From Lama guanicoe (lineage: Eukaryota), in NCBI GenBank assembly GCA_013239625.1, contig MU054085.1:172666-236665 (forward strand): 64,000 bases of DNA, read 5' to 3'. Within the stretch, counting starts at the first letter, position 1. Each line of letters begins with the position of its first letter. The position numbers were made by a program, and so were the translations under genes. The notes beneath the pieces were generated by a model that worked only from the letters and a program-made list of their open reading frames with translations, searched no databases and had not been told where the DNA came from. Positions 13,420 through 26,796 of the stretch are shown in pieces.

Positions 13420-13590
13420 TTAGTGAGAGTTGAGCCTCTGCTCTGAATTCAGATGGTCCCATGTCCCAGTCCTGGTTCTGCATCTGACCAGCTTTGTCAA
13501 TTCTGGCAAGTTATGTCAATCTCAGAGCATCAGTTTCTTCATTTGTAAAATAGAGATAGTAACTGCACCTCTTAGGGTGTTATACTAAGT
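13420..13590 (+). mobile_element. MIR SINE remnant
   Basis: ggcaagttatgtcaatctcagagcatcagtttcttcatttgtaaaatagagatagtaa core. Confidence 0.7.
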
Positions 13591-14635
13591 GCTTCAGACA
13601 TATCTCTTTCTGCTCTTAAAATAACCATCAGCTGATAAAACAATTTTTTATTAGTAATTTTTTATTTTTTGGCTATATCAAGCAGCTAATTTGGTTGGAA
13701 AAGCCAAGGAACAGGAGACCTGATTTCCAGTCCAGCTTAGATACTAACTAATTCTAGACCTGTAAGGATTCAGAAAGCAGACCCCAAACAATATGCCTTC
13801 CCTAGTTACATCATTTAAAATATTAAATACTTAGGCCAGCTGAAGCACAAATCAAAGTAAAGAATTCAGATGGGGAAGGTGTGTTATAAAAGATCCACTG
13901 GTAAGTATTGAACCCAGTTAAATCTAAATAATTGTTGCATTATCTTTTTATTTAAAAATTTTTATTTAAAAATTCAACTCTAAGAAAGTCTTCCCTCAGT
14001 GACATGCCAGGAAAGAAAAAAAATTTCTATTAGCCAAAGTTCTGAAGAACCTTGGAAACAGGAAAAAGGAAAAAGGTGATAGGACGTTCTATAAAGCTAT
14101 GTCTAGCACAAACCCTTCCCTTGAAAACATGGAGCATTCCTATGGGAGAAAGAGAAGCCAGCATAGATCTAAATTCTAGAATAACTGGAGCCATTTTGCT
14201 ACATCTTTCCTGTTTTCTTGCACCAATTCTGGGACTATTATTACCCACAATGCTATGTGACTAGGAGTGCTTACATCTAAGAGGGTCAGGTTGGCAGCTG
14301 GAAGGAGTTGAGCCTGATAGAGTTGTGGGACATCCTGGGAGTTCTGTTGAACACTGGAGGAACGGTCTACTGAGAAGTTACTGTGTAGCAAACAATCCTA
14401 TCATTCACTGGGTCAGGTAAGTAAAGAACTAGAAAGAATGTCTGACTACATAGAAACCATTTTCGTGATAAAAAAAGATAAATAGGCAGTAGGACTAGGT
14501 GTCTCCTCCTGGCAATATATTCACACCAAATGAAAGACTTCAAAACACTAAAAAAATAAATAAATTTAAAAAAAAAGGCTAGAAAGAATTAATATCTAAT
14601 AAGACTTGATCTGAAGATCAGAAATGTGAATCTTA

Positions 14636-14780
14636 GTGAGGGGAAGGTATAGCTCAAGTGGTAGAGCACATGCTTAGCATGTACAAAGTCCTGGGTTCAA
14701 TCCCCAGTACCCCCTCTAAAAATAAGTAAACTGAATTACCTCCCCACTCCCCCCAGAAAAAACATAAATAAATAAATAAA
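14636..14780 (+). mobile_element. tRNA-Ala-derived SINE (camelid Vic-1-like)
   Basis: A box tagctcaagtgg, B box ggttcaatcc, AGC anticodon loop, (TAAA)n tail. 16-bp TSD agaaatg(t/a)gaatctta at 14620-14635 and 14781-14796. Confidence 0.9.
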
Positions 14781-14799
14781 AGAAATGAGAATCTTATCA

Positions 14800-16700
14800 G
14801 CAATTATGTGGACAGTGAGGGAAACCAAGTTTTAAAAATATGGCATTTACAGTAAAACTTAGCCTGAGAAAATCTTTCCACATTAAAGGATGAGTAAATA
14901 GAAAAAAATATTAACTTAGAGCCAATGAATTATGACTGTATATTATAAAAGGTGGAGGAAATGCTCAAAGAGCAGCAGAAGATAGTTTTGAAAGAAAAAA
15001 GACTTACTGTAGTCTCCAGAAATAAATTTTATAGCACAGTTGCTTTGGAACAGTTTAAAAACTCTTCAGTATAACATCAACTCTGTGAAACAGAAAAAAG
15101 ATGAGATCAAAGGAATACAAGCTGAAATTAAAAAAAAAATTAGCCCCCTAAAAAAGGAGGGGGCATGAATGCTATTGCTGACTGAGTTGATTGAGATGAG
15201 AAACAGTTTTGAAGGAGTTAAAAGTGTGGTAACAGAAGTAAATCCAGCATTAGAGTCAATAAATTGCAGAAAAGCAAATTAGAAATGAATGAACCAGCTT
15301 TAGAATTTGTTCCAGAATGAAAAGGAAAAGGATAAACAAAATAAAAATAATGAGGAAATTAGAGTTCTTGAACAGGAGAATTAAATAATTTGAACAGAAG
15401 GTATGACTTTAGGCATAGAAGAAAAATGTTCCTGAATTGAGTAAACATCTAGGGCTGCTTATAATAAGCAAAAATCAATGTATGTGAGAGAGGACTATGT
15501 GCTTAGAGATATTATTATATATATATATATTTTTTTTTTATTTCAAGAGTTAAGAAAGAATTCTACCAGCCATACAAGAAGATACACATTTGGCCTACAG
15601 AAAAACAATTAGGCTAGTCTCGTAAGTCTTTTCCTATTATAATTCCAGAAAATAAAGGAGCCATATTTATAAAACTATGGAAGGAGAAACCTTATTGTCT
15701 GGAATTGTCTGCCTAAGTTATTAGTAATGTGTTAAGGCAACAGAAAGACTATCTCAGGAATATAAGAGCTCAGAAAATATATCAACCATAACTTCCTTGA
15801 AAATAACCCCAGCATCAGCAACACCAAAGACATTGTCCAGCTGGAGAGAAACAGCTCAGAGTAGCCCCAGAAAGGGACAGTTGCTGACTAAAAAGATGAT
15901 GGCTAACACTGCAATAATTTAAATAAAAATTAAGACTTAATAATTGTTTAATATTATTATAAAGCTCAATATAAATGTTGAATAAAAATTAAGGCTTAAT
16001 ACTGCTACTATAACCTTTAACACAAATGTTAAAAATAGCTCCTAAAGGAGAAGAGACACAGCATGAAAACATGAGTTAAAGCCCCATATGTAGCTTTCTG
16101 TGACTGTGAGGCTTGGGGACATCCCAGCCAGGCTGAGGATTTTAGATCTCACTGTCCTCCCAGCTCTTTGATCCCTCTACCAAGCCTCTCAAACAATGGT
16201 TTTACCTCAGAAAAAAATATATATACTTTTTAAAACTGGGAGAGTGAGAGAAAGGAAAGCAAAATTAAAAATGCATGCTAAAATATTAATCTTTCATAGA
16301 GGTAGCCAGCAAACACAGTTTTATTCTTGGCATTGACAGTGATAAGAAGAATAGTTTCAAATTTTTGAAAACATAGAAGTAGCCACTAGAAAATCAACAA
16401 CAGAGTACAGGACTTTCAGATCACTAGAGGAAACAAAGTCAAAGGAAACATAGTCCATATAGTGAAAGGGGTATTAAAAAGAAAACAGCAAAGAGACAAC
16501 ACTAACACCAATAAGTAACCTAAAGCAGAAGCAGAAGCAGATCAGGCATATTCATTATGAAAAGAATGTTAATGGATAAAAACACTAAAAGAAAATGACC
16601 CTGAAATATCAGCCACATATAAACAGCTACTTAGACTTCCTAAAAAAACTATTTCCTAGGAAAAGTTGCAAATAAAAATATGGATATTCTGTGTACAAAT
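14800..16700 (+). mobile_element. Ancient L1 remnant (ORF1-like region)
   Basis: A-rich strand with decayed ORF1-like phrases. Boundaries approximate. Confidence 0.45.
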
Positions 16701-17579
16701 CAGCTGTGGAATTGAGCCATATCTTCTCATCAGCTGCAATGGAAAACCTGGGCAGTATTGGCTCAAGGGTGAATCAGGAAATCACTAATCCAGAGTGATT
16801 ATTGGATGAATTTGTCAAAACTGAATTAGAGTAGCCTGACCAAGACCCCCAAATGTATAGATTATGTTTTTTTTAAAGGAAGGTTTTGGAAATCTTCCCA
16901 TTCTATTACTCGAAAGGTACTAGAAATCTTTTGTATTACAAACCAAAGAGGGTTCTGAAAGTGCCTTTTAGAATAAAATGTTACTCCCTTGTGCCACATA
17001 TAAATTCAGAAGACAGCCATGCAATAAAAAGTTTACAAAATCAGATTTATGAAGGCCAAGGCATCCCAAAGTATTGCATGTTTTCAAGACCCAACCTAAA
17101 TATTTCTCTAAGAAAAATGCCAGATTAAAAAAAAAATGTGGTAGAAGCACACAGTGTAACATACTTTAATTCAAGTTGGTGGCCAACAGTTCTGGATCTC
17201 CAAATAACACCAGGTGAAAGCCAGTGCCTGCTAAGAAGGTCTACAATATTCAGTTAAGTTATTTTAGAAAAGAAAATCTTGGGGCCAGAACAATAAAATA
17301 TGCCAGTGGAAACTGAGAATCTTCAGCTAGAAGTAAAGAAATATATCAAAGGAAACAGGTTTATTTGAGTTCTGTTTTACCTAAGACATATTTGATCATA
17401 TTTCATGACTTTCTTGATGGGGGATACAGTTTCCTGTAATTTCAGGTCAATAAAATTATATGTTTAGCATTTTTTTTGTGAACTATTTATGTCTGGGTGA
17501 CACTCAAGAAACTGACCGTTTTATTTAAGATCTTTTTGTGCATTAATTTTATATTATTATTATTTCTTTTAAAAAGATC

Positions 17580-18141
17580 TATTGGGGTCTAGGGTAGACA
17601 GTCCCGAAATGTGCCTCAGTTGGCATATTGATTATTTTGAATTAAAATTACTTAAGAAATGGCCAGTGCAAGAGGGATACTCTGACCCTCCGTTCTGTCT
17701 CCCTCAAAGCAGGAAATAAACCTCTCATGTGAAAAGTGCACTTGCTGTATCAGGAGGTGGATCGCCTTTATTGCCAAAGATGGGAATCTGAGCTGAGAAG
17801 CACATACAAACAAACCTTGTTCCTTCGTTAATTTACTACCCCAAGCCCAAACTCTGTTTAGGTTTAGGGTCACTAATTGGGCACTCAAAACCGTTTTTTT
17901 GTTTGTTTTGTTTTGTTTTGTTTTTTTGGTCCTGTCATTTTCTCGCAAATTCATGGTTTCATCTAAAATATATAAAAGCTGCCTGCTTTCACCTTCTTAG
18001 GTCCCATTTCTGTGAGACCTTTATATGCAGGAATTAGATGTGTTTCTTTTTCTCCTGTTAATCTGTCTTATGTCAATTTTATTCGTAGTCCAGCTAATAG
18101 ATCTCAAGAAGGGCTGTGGGGGAAATTTCCCCTCCCCAACA
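17580..18141 (+). mobile_element. ERV1 solo LTR, MER34-like
   Basis: Inverted termini tattgggg...ccccaaca; 4-bp TSD gatc/gatg; ggcatattgattattttga motif; internal TATAAAA at ~17971. Confidence 0.8.
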
Positions 18142-18249
18142 GATGTATGACTCGGAGACAGGTGGTTGTTTCAAGGTTGTTAAAATCCATGCTGGAATTC
18201 CTTGTACAATCTGCTATACTGAGTATGAAGCATTATGGCTTTATCACTT

Positions 18250-18650
18250 GTGGGAGGGACTACTGGTGCTCTCCAATGTCCAGGTATTTCCTCTGTCCTG
18301 GCCCCGTGAGAGGTGATCATTCCCAGCCCCATTCCAGCTAGGCAAGGGTGTGGGGCAAGGGGGTGCTGCTGTCTAACCAACAAACGGTGAGTGGGAGTGA
18401 TGGGTATAACTTTCGGGTTAAGACAGTTCAGAGCTGACATGCCAGCTCCACACTCCCTCTTACTCATGGCAATCTTGGAAGTCACTGTTGACATGAAAGT
18501 GTCACAAGATGGAGGGAGATTCGATTCCCGGATCATCAGATGAGGAGAGCCCCAGCTGACCCACATCAGAGTGTGGCCGAGCCAGCAATAAACCATTGTG
18601 CTGAATTACTGAGAATTCAAAGTTTATCTGTTAGAGCTGCGACTGGTTCC
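18250..18650 (+). mobile_element. Old MLT1-type LTR
   Basis: aataaaccattgtgctgaattactgagaattc 3' signature and a MaLR-like body. Confidence 0.55.
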
Positions 18651-21215
18651 TCACATAGGCTTTTTTATGTTTCCCTTAGGCTCAAGTTCTTAGGAACTAT
18701 AAATACTTGCCTTGAATGAAAATGTGAATCAGCTCTTAGCAGTTGAAGTGTACAAAATCTAAAGTAAAGGCAAATATATAAGCTTAGTAATCCATTGAGT
18801 GTTTCAGATACATACGTTCTATTAAATGCAATTTTACACTGGTAGCTTGGTAAGGCAAAGACAAGCATTGCCAGGGTTTTTGTTCGTTTGTTTGTTTGTT
18901 TTTAATCTTTAGTAGATTTTTAAAAAAGGCGGGAAAAAAGTTGAGATTGGAACACTCAACTCCCCGATCACTCAGGAAGTTAGTGCAAAGGTATGTTAAA
19001 AATATGACATTCAATTTTGTTTTCATTAGAAGCATTTTGTGATACATTTTGAAGAAGATAGTCTACTCAATATTAAGGGAGGGGAGACAGAGAGAGATTC
19101 TTATTCTAATATTGCCTTATTATTCTTCATGACTTTATATTCTGTGCAATGAAATTTAAAATGATCCATTTAAGTTTCTCCATGTAGGTTAGCTGGTTTG
19201 TATTTTGTACAAAATTACTGTTTTTCTATTTCCTTGGAGTGTTTCTTGAAGTGGTGTACACACTGTCACCCTCATCTTGAAATAAACACTCATGCCCTAA
19301 AAAATAAGCAAATGGATGTTCAAAGACAAACTGGGCAAATACAAACTAAAAAAGCAAGAGTGACCAAATATACATTGTATGAAGTAAAAATAATGGAAAA
19401 GCAATTATGACAAAATGAATTATTTTGTAAGAATTAAAGACATTATCTGAAAAGATTTAACAATCATGAAAATTGAATGCAGCAAATGAAACAGATGATT
19501 TTCCAGGAAAATACAAATTGTCAAAACCAATTGAAGCATAAACACAATCTAAAAGGAACAGTGATTTTGGGGGAAAAAACAGTTTAAAAATTGTGTGTTG
19601 AAAGGCTTTGGGCCCAGGCAGTTTAATAGGTAAACTTTAAAAAAAAAAAAAAAAGATCACATGATTCCTATGATATATAAACTAATCCAGCACAAAGAAA
19701 AAGAGCTACAGCCTTCAAATTCATTTTATGAAGCACAATCTTGATGAGTCATCAGTCTGCCCTCATCAGTCTTTTCTCAACTCAAAAAAAGCAAAGTAAA
19801 ATATTTGCAATACAATTCATGAGTTCAGTCACAAAAAACACCTCACAGTCTAAGCAGAATTATCCATGATTATAGTTAATCTGCTCATAGGATGCAAGGG
19901 GGCCCTTTCTGTTTGGCTCCTGGCCCACCATACCCATTCCTACTGGTCCAGCTCAAGCCTTGCCCTGGCTTTTACAGAGGCTCTTGATAATGCTCATGCT
20001 CCACCAACACTTTGTGAAACTAATTAGTCACAGGATGCTGTGGGTCAAGCCAAAGCCTGAAGTTCGATGCGTGACAACCTGACACTGACCTAGTACTATT
20101 CTACTGAGGGATTTCATAACTTTTCCTGTTGGGGTAGGTGTGTTGAGTTGGAGAGAGGATGCACTGGACCCTGCACTAGCAGGGACATTGGACGTGTTGG
20201 ATGAGCAGCAATGGTAGTCTTACCACCCTCCCAGAGGGACTTATCAGAAACTAGACTAGGGTTCTTACTAGACTCTCATAAAGAAAACCACTAAGATTAA
20301 ACGTCTCAGCATAAATTGGTCACAACTCCAACTACTGGCCCTATTCCGAGTATCATGAAAGAGGAAGGAGGATTGATCTGCTCACTACACATGCTTTATG
20401 GATAGTCAAGGGATGGTTCTTTCTTGAAGCTGGTGTCCCACCTTTCATTTCATTCTCCAGGTCAGAACATTAGGTCCTTGAATTGTCCGTGAGGAGCTTT
20501 TGATGTCTCTGCCCCTAGGGAGTGAGTTCTCATGACTCAGTGGCTAGACTAACTCTGCTGCTCACCATGGAAACTCCTTCAGCCCCAGGTCTCTGTCCTC
20601 TACTTCCGATACCACAAATGACCAGCAGTGGAGGCAGAAAAGACAGCCCACTTTCTGCCAGGGCCTTCTCCCCAGCTCATGCTACCCTGTCCCTCCATTA
20701 AACAGTAAAATCTCCTGTCACGCTTATACCTTTCAGAATGACTTTTTAACAGGAAGAAAAACTCCATACTGTAGTGAGTCAATTCAAATAATTACCATCT
20801 ATTAAGGAGTACACACATATCCCTTTCATCCTTATCACTTCATTAAAAAGTCACACAAGGAAACTTTCTCTTAAGGGATACTTTTTCCATCACTGAAACT
20901 AGAAAAGAATGAGACTCTGAGACAATCCAAAACACTTTATCATATAGGCACACTGTTATATTAAAATAAGAATGATTTAATACTAGGAAATTATTAATAA
21001 TAGAATATCATGTCATTAGGTTATAGGAAAAAACAAACAAACATGTAGCCATTTGGATAAAGACCAGAAATGGATTCAATAAAATTCAACATCCATTCTT
21101 GATATGAGCTTAGAAACTAAGGCAGATCCTTCCTTTACAATGATAAAAAGCATCACAAATCAACACACCATGTATAGAATGATGAAATTATAAAAGCATT
21201 TCCATTATGTTAGGA

Positions 21216-21897
21216 TGTTGTCTTGTGCTGGTATCAGCCTATTGATAGTATTCCTATCACCTATAAATGCCTGCGGGCACTCACCTGGGCCCTGGTGGCC
21301 TTCCCATAGACATCTCTGCTTTCCAAACCAGTATCATGACTGTACTGACTCTTGTGGTTCTTACTAGATTGAAAGCTGCCCTGCAGCAATAACCATTAGG
21401 AAACTTGAAAGAAAAAAATGATGACTCACAGGCCCTAGAGCGTACAAGGTATGTCAGAGAGCATATAGCAAGGCCAGAGAGAGCGAGAGAGAAACACAGA
21501 GAGAGAGGGAGTGCCTGTGGTTCTGCTTTTATTGGAGTCAAGGTGGGGGACTAGGGTTTCAAGGGCTCACTCTTTATTGGTGAATTTAAAACATAAGAGT
21601 GGGGATTTAAAATGCAAGAAGAGAGAAACAGAAATGAAAACAAAAACAAACAAACAAACAAAAAGCAGCCCAAATGGCTAGTTATCTAAATTAGCTAGGA
21701 TCTCTAGAACAAAGGAGCTTCATGGTGGGGGGCGGGGACACATCCTGGCTCTTTATCCAGCTTTATGACTGGCAATGCTCTTATCCTAGATCACCTCCAT
21801 TGAAGTAGATGCCTCTTTGAAGTGGATATCTTGGGAATAGAGGCTTAAGTCAGGCACTGGCAATACAAAATTGAAAACCTACTGTCAAGCTGTTACA
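21216..21897 (-). mobile_element. Probable solo LTR inserted in ancient L1
   Basis: Block ending tgttaca that interrupts L1-ORF2-like sequence, with AATAAA twice on the minus strand (~21530, ~21575). Family not identified. Confidence 0.5.
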
Positions 21898-22459
21898 GTA
21901 GAGATATCTATTTTTAGTACCATGATTTAATATTATAGATGCTTTAAGAAATTCAATACAGTAACAAGATTATCTAACTTGAAAAGTCAAGAGGATTATA
22001 ACAGACACTTACTTGGTTACTGGTCAAGCAATCACCACGCTCACTCCTACATACACTGTTATCGGCCTTTGACTTCTGGGCCATCAGTGGTTTTTCCAGA
22101 GGTGGAAACTAATCAATCTGCCAAGCGTCTTCCCAAGGCATTTTGGAAGAAAGACAGCAAGAGTGAATGGGGTGAGTGGGCCAGAGGTTGTGGGTGGCTG
22201 GCGCTGCAAAATATAAAATTGGAATGCTATCAAGGTTACATCCTCTTTGATTTGGTTCAAATTATCTGAAGTAGGCTATTTGTGGAGAGAGAAAATAAAG
22301 GGTAGAACAGAGTCAAGAAATAGGAAAGCCCTGTCCTTTCATTCTAAGACACAGCTGTGGTCCTGCCTTTGGTGTATATGAGGTGCCTTAGCATTCTTAT
22401 ACAAAATGTGCCTTTTGCTTGTGGTAGTTTGAGTTGAGCTAATGCAGGAAGATAATTAG

Positions 22460-22917
22460 TGGGGACAAAAGAAAAAAAAAAAAAGAAATGTTGCCTGCCA
22501 TTTTAGTAAGCGATGAATGTTGCCCACTATCAAGCCTTCGTCCACAGCAGTGATGTCCTGAGGGGAATTCAAGATGGAGAAAAATAGCATACTGCCTCTA
22601 AATAGTTAAGATGCATACCAAAGAAATCATTCCAATGCACCCAGGTTTGCATTTCCCCAAGATAGAAAGGCACTAATATTGTTAACTTTGAAATGTCTAT
22701 TTTTTGTGATTAGCAGTAAATCTTTTGATGTTTGACTACATGCTTTTTTTTTTTTTTTTGGTAAAAACTCCTATATATCCTGGATTCTCCCTTATCTCTT
22801 TGGAATAGGTCCCCAGAGCATCCGAGAGGCTGTATACTGGACTACAATCTTCAGTAAGGTCAGTGAGTAAAACATACTTCTCAAATTTTAGGTTGTGTAT
22901 TTTTTTTTCAGTCAACA
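22460..22917 (+). repeat. 5' LTR of provirus
   Basis: Shares gaatgttgcccac(t/a)atcaagcc, agttaagatgcata and tttaggttgtgtatttttttcagtcaa with the 3' LTR. Ends in CA. Confidence 0.88.
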
Positions 22918-22921
22918 GCTT

Positions 22922-22940
22922 TGGCAACCAATAAAGGGAA
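22922..22940 (+). other. Degenerate primer-binding site, possibly tRNA-Arg
   Basis: tggcaaccaataaagggaa, 4 nt after the LTR; resembles TGGCGACCACGAAGGGA with CpG decay. Confidence 0.55.
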
Positions 22941-25510
22941 CCAGAGCAAATGTCTCTCCTTTGTCTGAACTCTGTGTGGAACCAGAGCCTTGGTACCAGT
23001 AGAGGCCTCTCTTGTCCATCTGCTACATCAGAGAGCCCAGGCAGATTTGTGAGAGTCTCTCTTGGGCCTTGGATCTTCTGTTACTGGCAGATGACCCTGT
23101 TTTAGTCAATGATGTTAAACTCCTCTCTGGGTAGATTTTCCTTCAAGAAGAGGTACCTGGTTTATATTCTCAGTTGAAAGATACTGGGAAGATTTTATTA
23201 TGTGTGCACAGAATTTATATTTACAAGTACTTTCTTAATTGGGAATTAAAGAGAATCTTGCCCTAAAAATAGCCAAATTGAAGTCTGACATACCAAAATT
23301 AATTTTTTTTGCATGTGCAGCTATAAAAAAGCTGGCTTGATAAACTTTCAGAATTCTGACCTTTTAGGGGGAACTTACATTTCTTTCCATGTGTCTTTGA
23401 GATGTAAATATTCTACCTGATCTTCTTAGGCTTTTTTTTTCCATGTATTTTCAGAGCTTTGACTCTCCCATCCAGAAGGTACATATATGGTGGACATTTG
23501 GCAGCTAGTCAAATAGACTGGGATTCCAACCAGTCAAGCAGTCTTTTAGTCTGGTTGTGACAACTCTTAGGGGCCTTTGCCATCTGAACTGTCATTGCTT
23601 GCACAATGAAGGCTCTTTAATTTCTTAGACTGTTTGGGGGAACAAACTTTCTAGATATTGTGAATGCTGTATCCTTTGCACTCTCTGGTGGGGACTCCTT
23701 TTAGGCTTTATTGGTTTGAGTCATTATTAAGATATGTCTCATCAATGGCCAGACGATGAATCCTTAAACTGGAGAAAGTTCTAGATTGGTAAATTTTTAG
23801 ACAGATAATTATAAGCAGCTGTTTTACTGGAACCTATGAAACAGCCAAATTAGAAAGTAGATAAAAAAATATAGAGAGAAGAGAGATTGCCAAGATGATG
23901 GTGTAGGACACATAGCTCACCTTCTCCCATGGATACAACAAAAACTACATCTACATACGGAACAATTCTCACAGAATACATACTGAACTTTGGGAGAATA
24001 TCTCTTACAATTGGAAACACAAGGAAATCCACACAAAACCAGGTAGGATTTAAAAAAAGAAAAGAAAAGGAAATTAGTGCAAGATCTGTCCTGCAGGGAG
24101 GGAACAACAAAGGAGAGAGAGTACCCTCACCCTGGGAAGCCCCATTTTCAGTGGGGTGGTCAGCAGGGACAGAAAAGGAGTTTTGGAGACTCTGAGGAGA
24201 AAGCAGCAGCTTCCCGTCAGACAGAACTGAGAGAAACCAGCACAGAGGGTCCCTGTGATCCCTAGCATGAGACACAAGCCAGCAGGGGCAGGCTGGGCCA
24301 GGCTGCTGGAGCTCAGGCTTCCATGGATGAATTTGGGGAGGGGATGGGAGCTGACTGCACAGAGGCAGCCTCAGCAGGCTGGTGTGTGGTGTGGGCTGTG
24401 GCTGGGAGTGTGTGCAGAACAAAACAGCCTGGGTCCCCCCATAGAAAATACCACTGCTGGTGCACATAGCAGGTAGGGGATGTGATGCAGTGCCGACGTG
24501 GCAGCCATCTCCACCAGCCCACTAGAGGGCATTGCTCAGCACCATCACTGGAGGGGTGAGGCTCAGATCCAGCAATCTTCTCAGCCTGCTCAAGCTGAAG
24601 GAAGGGCACAATCGCTGGTGCACAGCTCCCAGGCAGAGGTGGAGCTGAAACTTGAATCCGTTCCTAGGGATCTAGAAATAACTAGCCCTTCACAGGCAGG
24701 ACCAAGACTTGATTTGAGCCCCAAGAGGTGATGGAGAATTTGCTCCACTGGTGTCTTTGTGGACCTGCACCTCTGAGAAAACTGAATGAAGGTATCGAGC
24801 ACAGTGGGGACAGGAAGGGCATTCACAGTGGGCCTGTGTATGCAGATGCAGGGCTGGGGTCTGGGCTGACCCTGTTGTGTACTGTGGACCTAGTGCATGG
24901 CTGTATGTGCACTATGGGGGGTCCTGGTGCTTGATGTCAGTGAATCTGTGCTGGTGGCTCTGTGGGTGAAGACTCTGGGGGACACCAGGGGAGGTTGCTG
25001 ACATTCCTGCAGCTGAGGAGGGGGCAAGGGCAGCATCCACAAAGCGTAGTTTGTAAGCCTGCACAATAAAGACATTTTCTGGTGGTCATCTCCCGTGGAG
25101 AAATACTCAGCAGCTCCTCTTCCAATAGGAGCGCTCCAGTCCCATCTACCACACACCACAGCTCAGAAATGAGTGTGGAAGCCTCAATTCCAACAACACG
25201 GGGGCATGCCTGGCCTCTGCCAGGGCTGTGACAACCACAGAGCAAAGAAGGGGCCTTACTCAATAACCAGTGAAGGCTCCAGTCACCAAAACACAAACCA
25301 CGCCCACAGTCAAAAGGATAATGGCCAGCATACATGGAGGAAGCATGGGGCAACCATCAATACTAAAAACAGCCACCGTGACAAAAATATTAGGTGTGCA
25401 CACCACACAGGGACACTTCCACATTAAAAAATAAATTTTAAAAAGCCATTTCAGATCGCAGTAGGTAACTGTTACTCCTAAATGAATCGAGTCAGAGAAA
25501 TATAAGTAAA

Positions 25511-26399
25511 GTGAAGAAGCAGAGGAGCCACTCCCACTTAAAAGAACAAGAGAAGCCTCCTGAAAGAATGAACAATGAAACACACATCAACAGTCTACTA
25601 GATCATAAGTTCAAAAAGGAGGTGACAAAAGCATTGACAGAGATCAGAGAAACTATACTAGAAATGCAGAATACTGTACAAAAGGGAAAAGAAACTATAA
25701 AGAGGAGCCAATTAAAATCAGAAAACTCAATTGCTAAGATGAAAGCCAAGCTAGACAATCAATACAGTGTAATGCAGAAGAATGAGTAAGTGATTTAGAA
25801 GACAAGGTAATGGAAGTCACCCAATCAGAGCAGCAGACAGGAAAGCAAATGAAAACCAATGAAATCAATATAAGGGACTTGTGGGATAATATAAAGCACA
25901 CCAATCTATACATAAGAGGGGTCCCAGAAGGAGAAGAAACGGGAAAGGGGATCAACAATGTATTTGAAGAAATCATGACAGAAAACTTCCCAAGCTTAAA
26001 GAAGGAAACAGATATCCAAGTACAGGCAATATAGAGGGTCAGAAGCAGGAAGAACCCACACAGGCCTACATCAAGATATATTATAATTAATATGTCCAAA
26101 GTTAAAGATAAAGAAAAGATTCTAAGGGCAGCAAGAGAAAAACAAAGAATTAGTTATAAAGGAACTGCCCCCCTAATAAGTCTATTACTGATTGCTCCAC
26201 AGAAACATTGCTGGCCAGAAGGGAGTGGCAAGATATTTTCAAAGTCCTGAGAGAGAAACACCTGCAGCCCGGGGTAGTCCACCCAGCAAGATTATTCTTT
26301 AAAATAGAGGGAGAGATAATAAATTTCACAGACAAGCAAAAACTAAAAGAGTACAGCAATACTAAACCTATCCTAAAAGAAACATTGAAAGATCTCTAA
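25511..26399 (+). pseudogene. L1 ORF1p, disrupted
   Basis: Fragments ...NIRDLWDNIKHTNLYIRGVPEGEE... and ...ARREWQDIFKVL...PARLFFKIEGEI... in different frames; the first codon reads GTG. Confidence 0.9.
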
Positions 26400-26796
26400 A
26401 GATAAAAGAAGCAGGAATCAATAGAAAAGAGAAAACCACAACTGGGGATGTGATGGCTACAATGAATAGCAAGAGAATAAACACAAAGATGTAAAAGAGG
26501 ATATCAAACTCATTAAATATGGGAGACGGAGCAAGAAAATGTAGATTTGTTTCATTCTTTTTAGAACGTGTTTGAGTCTATGTGATTGGCAGTCTAAAGC
26601 GTATCAATATAGTAATGGGTTAACATTCTTGAAAAACAGGGTAACCACAAATTAAAAGCATACAATAGAGTCACAAAACACAAAAAACAAAACAATCAAG
26701 CTAATACAAAAGAAAATTATCAAACTACAAAGGGAAAAACAAAAAGAGAAATGAACAAAGAAGAAATACAAAATCAGCTGGAAAATGAAGTTTAAA

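Noticed and set aside
14640..14712. tRNA-Ala gene
   Set aside because: It has a SINE tail, a TSD and stem mismatches, and a second copy exists; it is a SINE.
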